NCBI RefSeq assembly: GCF_018350175.1
Contig: NC_058368.1
Span: forward strand, 154,258,001 to 154,322,000
Direction of reading: 5' to 3'
DNA from: Felis catus
Lineage: Eukaryota
DNA length: 64,000 nucleotides
Shown here: positions 63,705 through 64,000 of the stretch, piece after piece
Position numbering within the stretch: the stretch's first letter is position 1
Layout of the letters: the number at the start of each line of letters is the position of its first letter
Notes under the pieces: model-generated
What the model was told of the DNA's origin: nothing
The model's database searches: none
What the model saw: the letters and a program-made list of their open reading frames with translations, nothing else
Program-made: the position numbers and the translations under genes

Positions 63705-64000
63705 TTATATTGGAGCGCTAAAGAAATTTGAATAGTATTCTTTTTATCTTCAGAAATTCTAGCTATCAAGCCCACTATTTTGCTTTGAACTTGAAAATCC
63801 TGCTTTGGTTGTCAGAGAGTACATCTTAACTCTTGTTTTCTTGATATGATGTATTTGGATAGGGGTTAGTTGCAGACAACACAAACAACTTGCCCAAACC
63901 TACAAAGAAAATGATTTGTTGCCAGATATTCACTGGCTAAAAATATCATTGAGAGAACTGGCTTCTGGCCAAACTTCAGAACAACTCTTAATCTTTAGAA

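Overview
AT-rich, repeat-dense mammalian DNA from a felid, most likely cat: it holds 23 carnivore CAN-SINEs, including the CpG-rich feline SINEC_Fc type, plus feline/carnivore LINE-1. I found no intact host protein-coding gene, RNA gene or CRISPR array. Every ORF I can recognise comes from LINE-1 ORF2, SINE sequence or microsatellites, so this looks like a gene desert or a large intron. Roughly half the window is LINE-1, in two nested piles (about 19.9-29.8 kb and 43.8-60.4 kb). There are also MaLR/ERV LTRs, Tigger/MER5 DNA-transposon relics, L2/MIR/CR1 traces and many STRs. The most notable structures are a fold-back templated insertion inside a SINE (26.2 kb), a head-to-head fusion of two near-full-length L1s that looks like a rearrangement breakpoint (about 50.46 kb), an internally deleted but TSD-flanked L1 (29.0-29.8 kb), a tail-to-tail SINE pair with a triplicated target site (20.9-21.4 kb), and several non-repetitive palindromic or motif-dense enhancer-like islands (4.2, 37.5 and 42.6 kb). 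I see no solid evidence for a new biological system. Repeat subfamily names come from recall of consensus sequences and need RepeatMasker/Dfam confirmation, and boundaries of old repeats are approximate.
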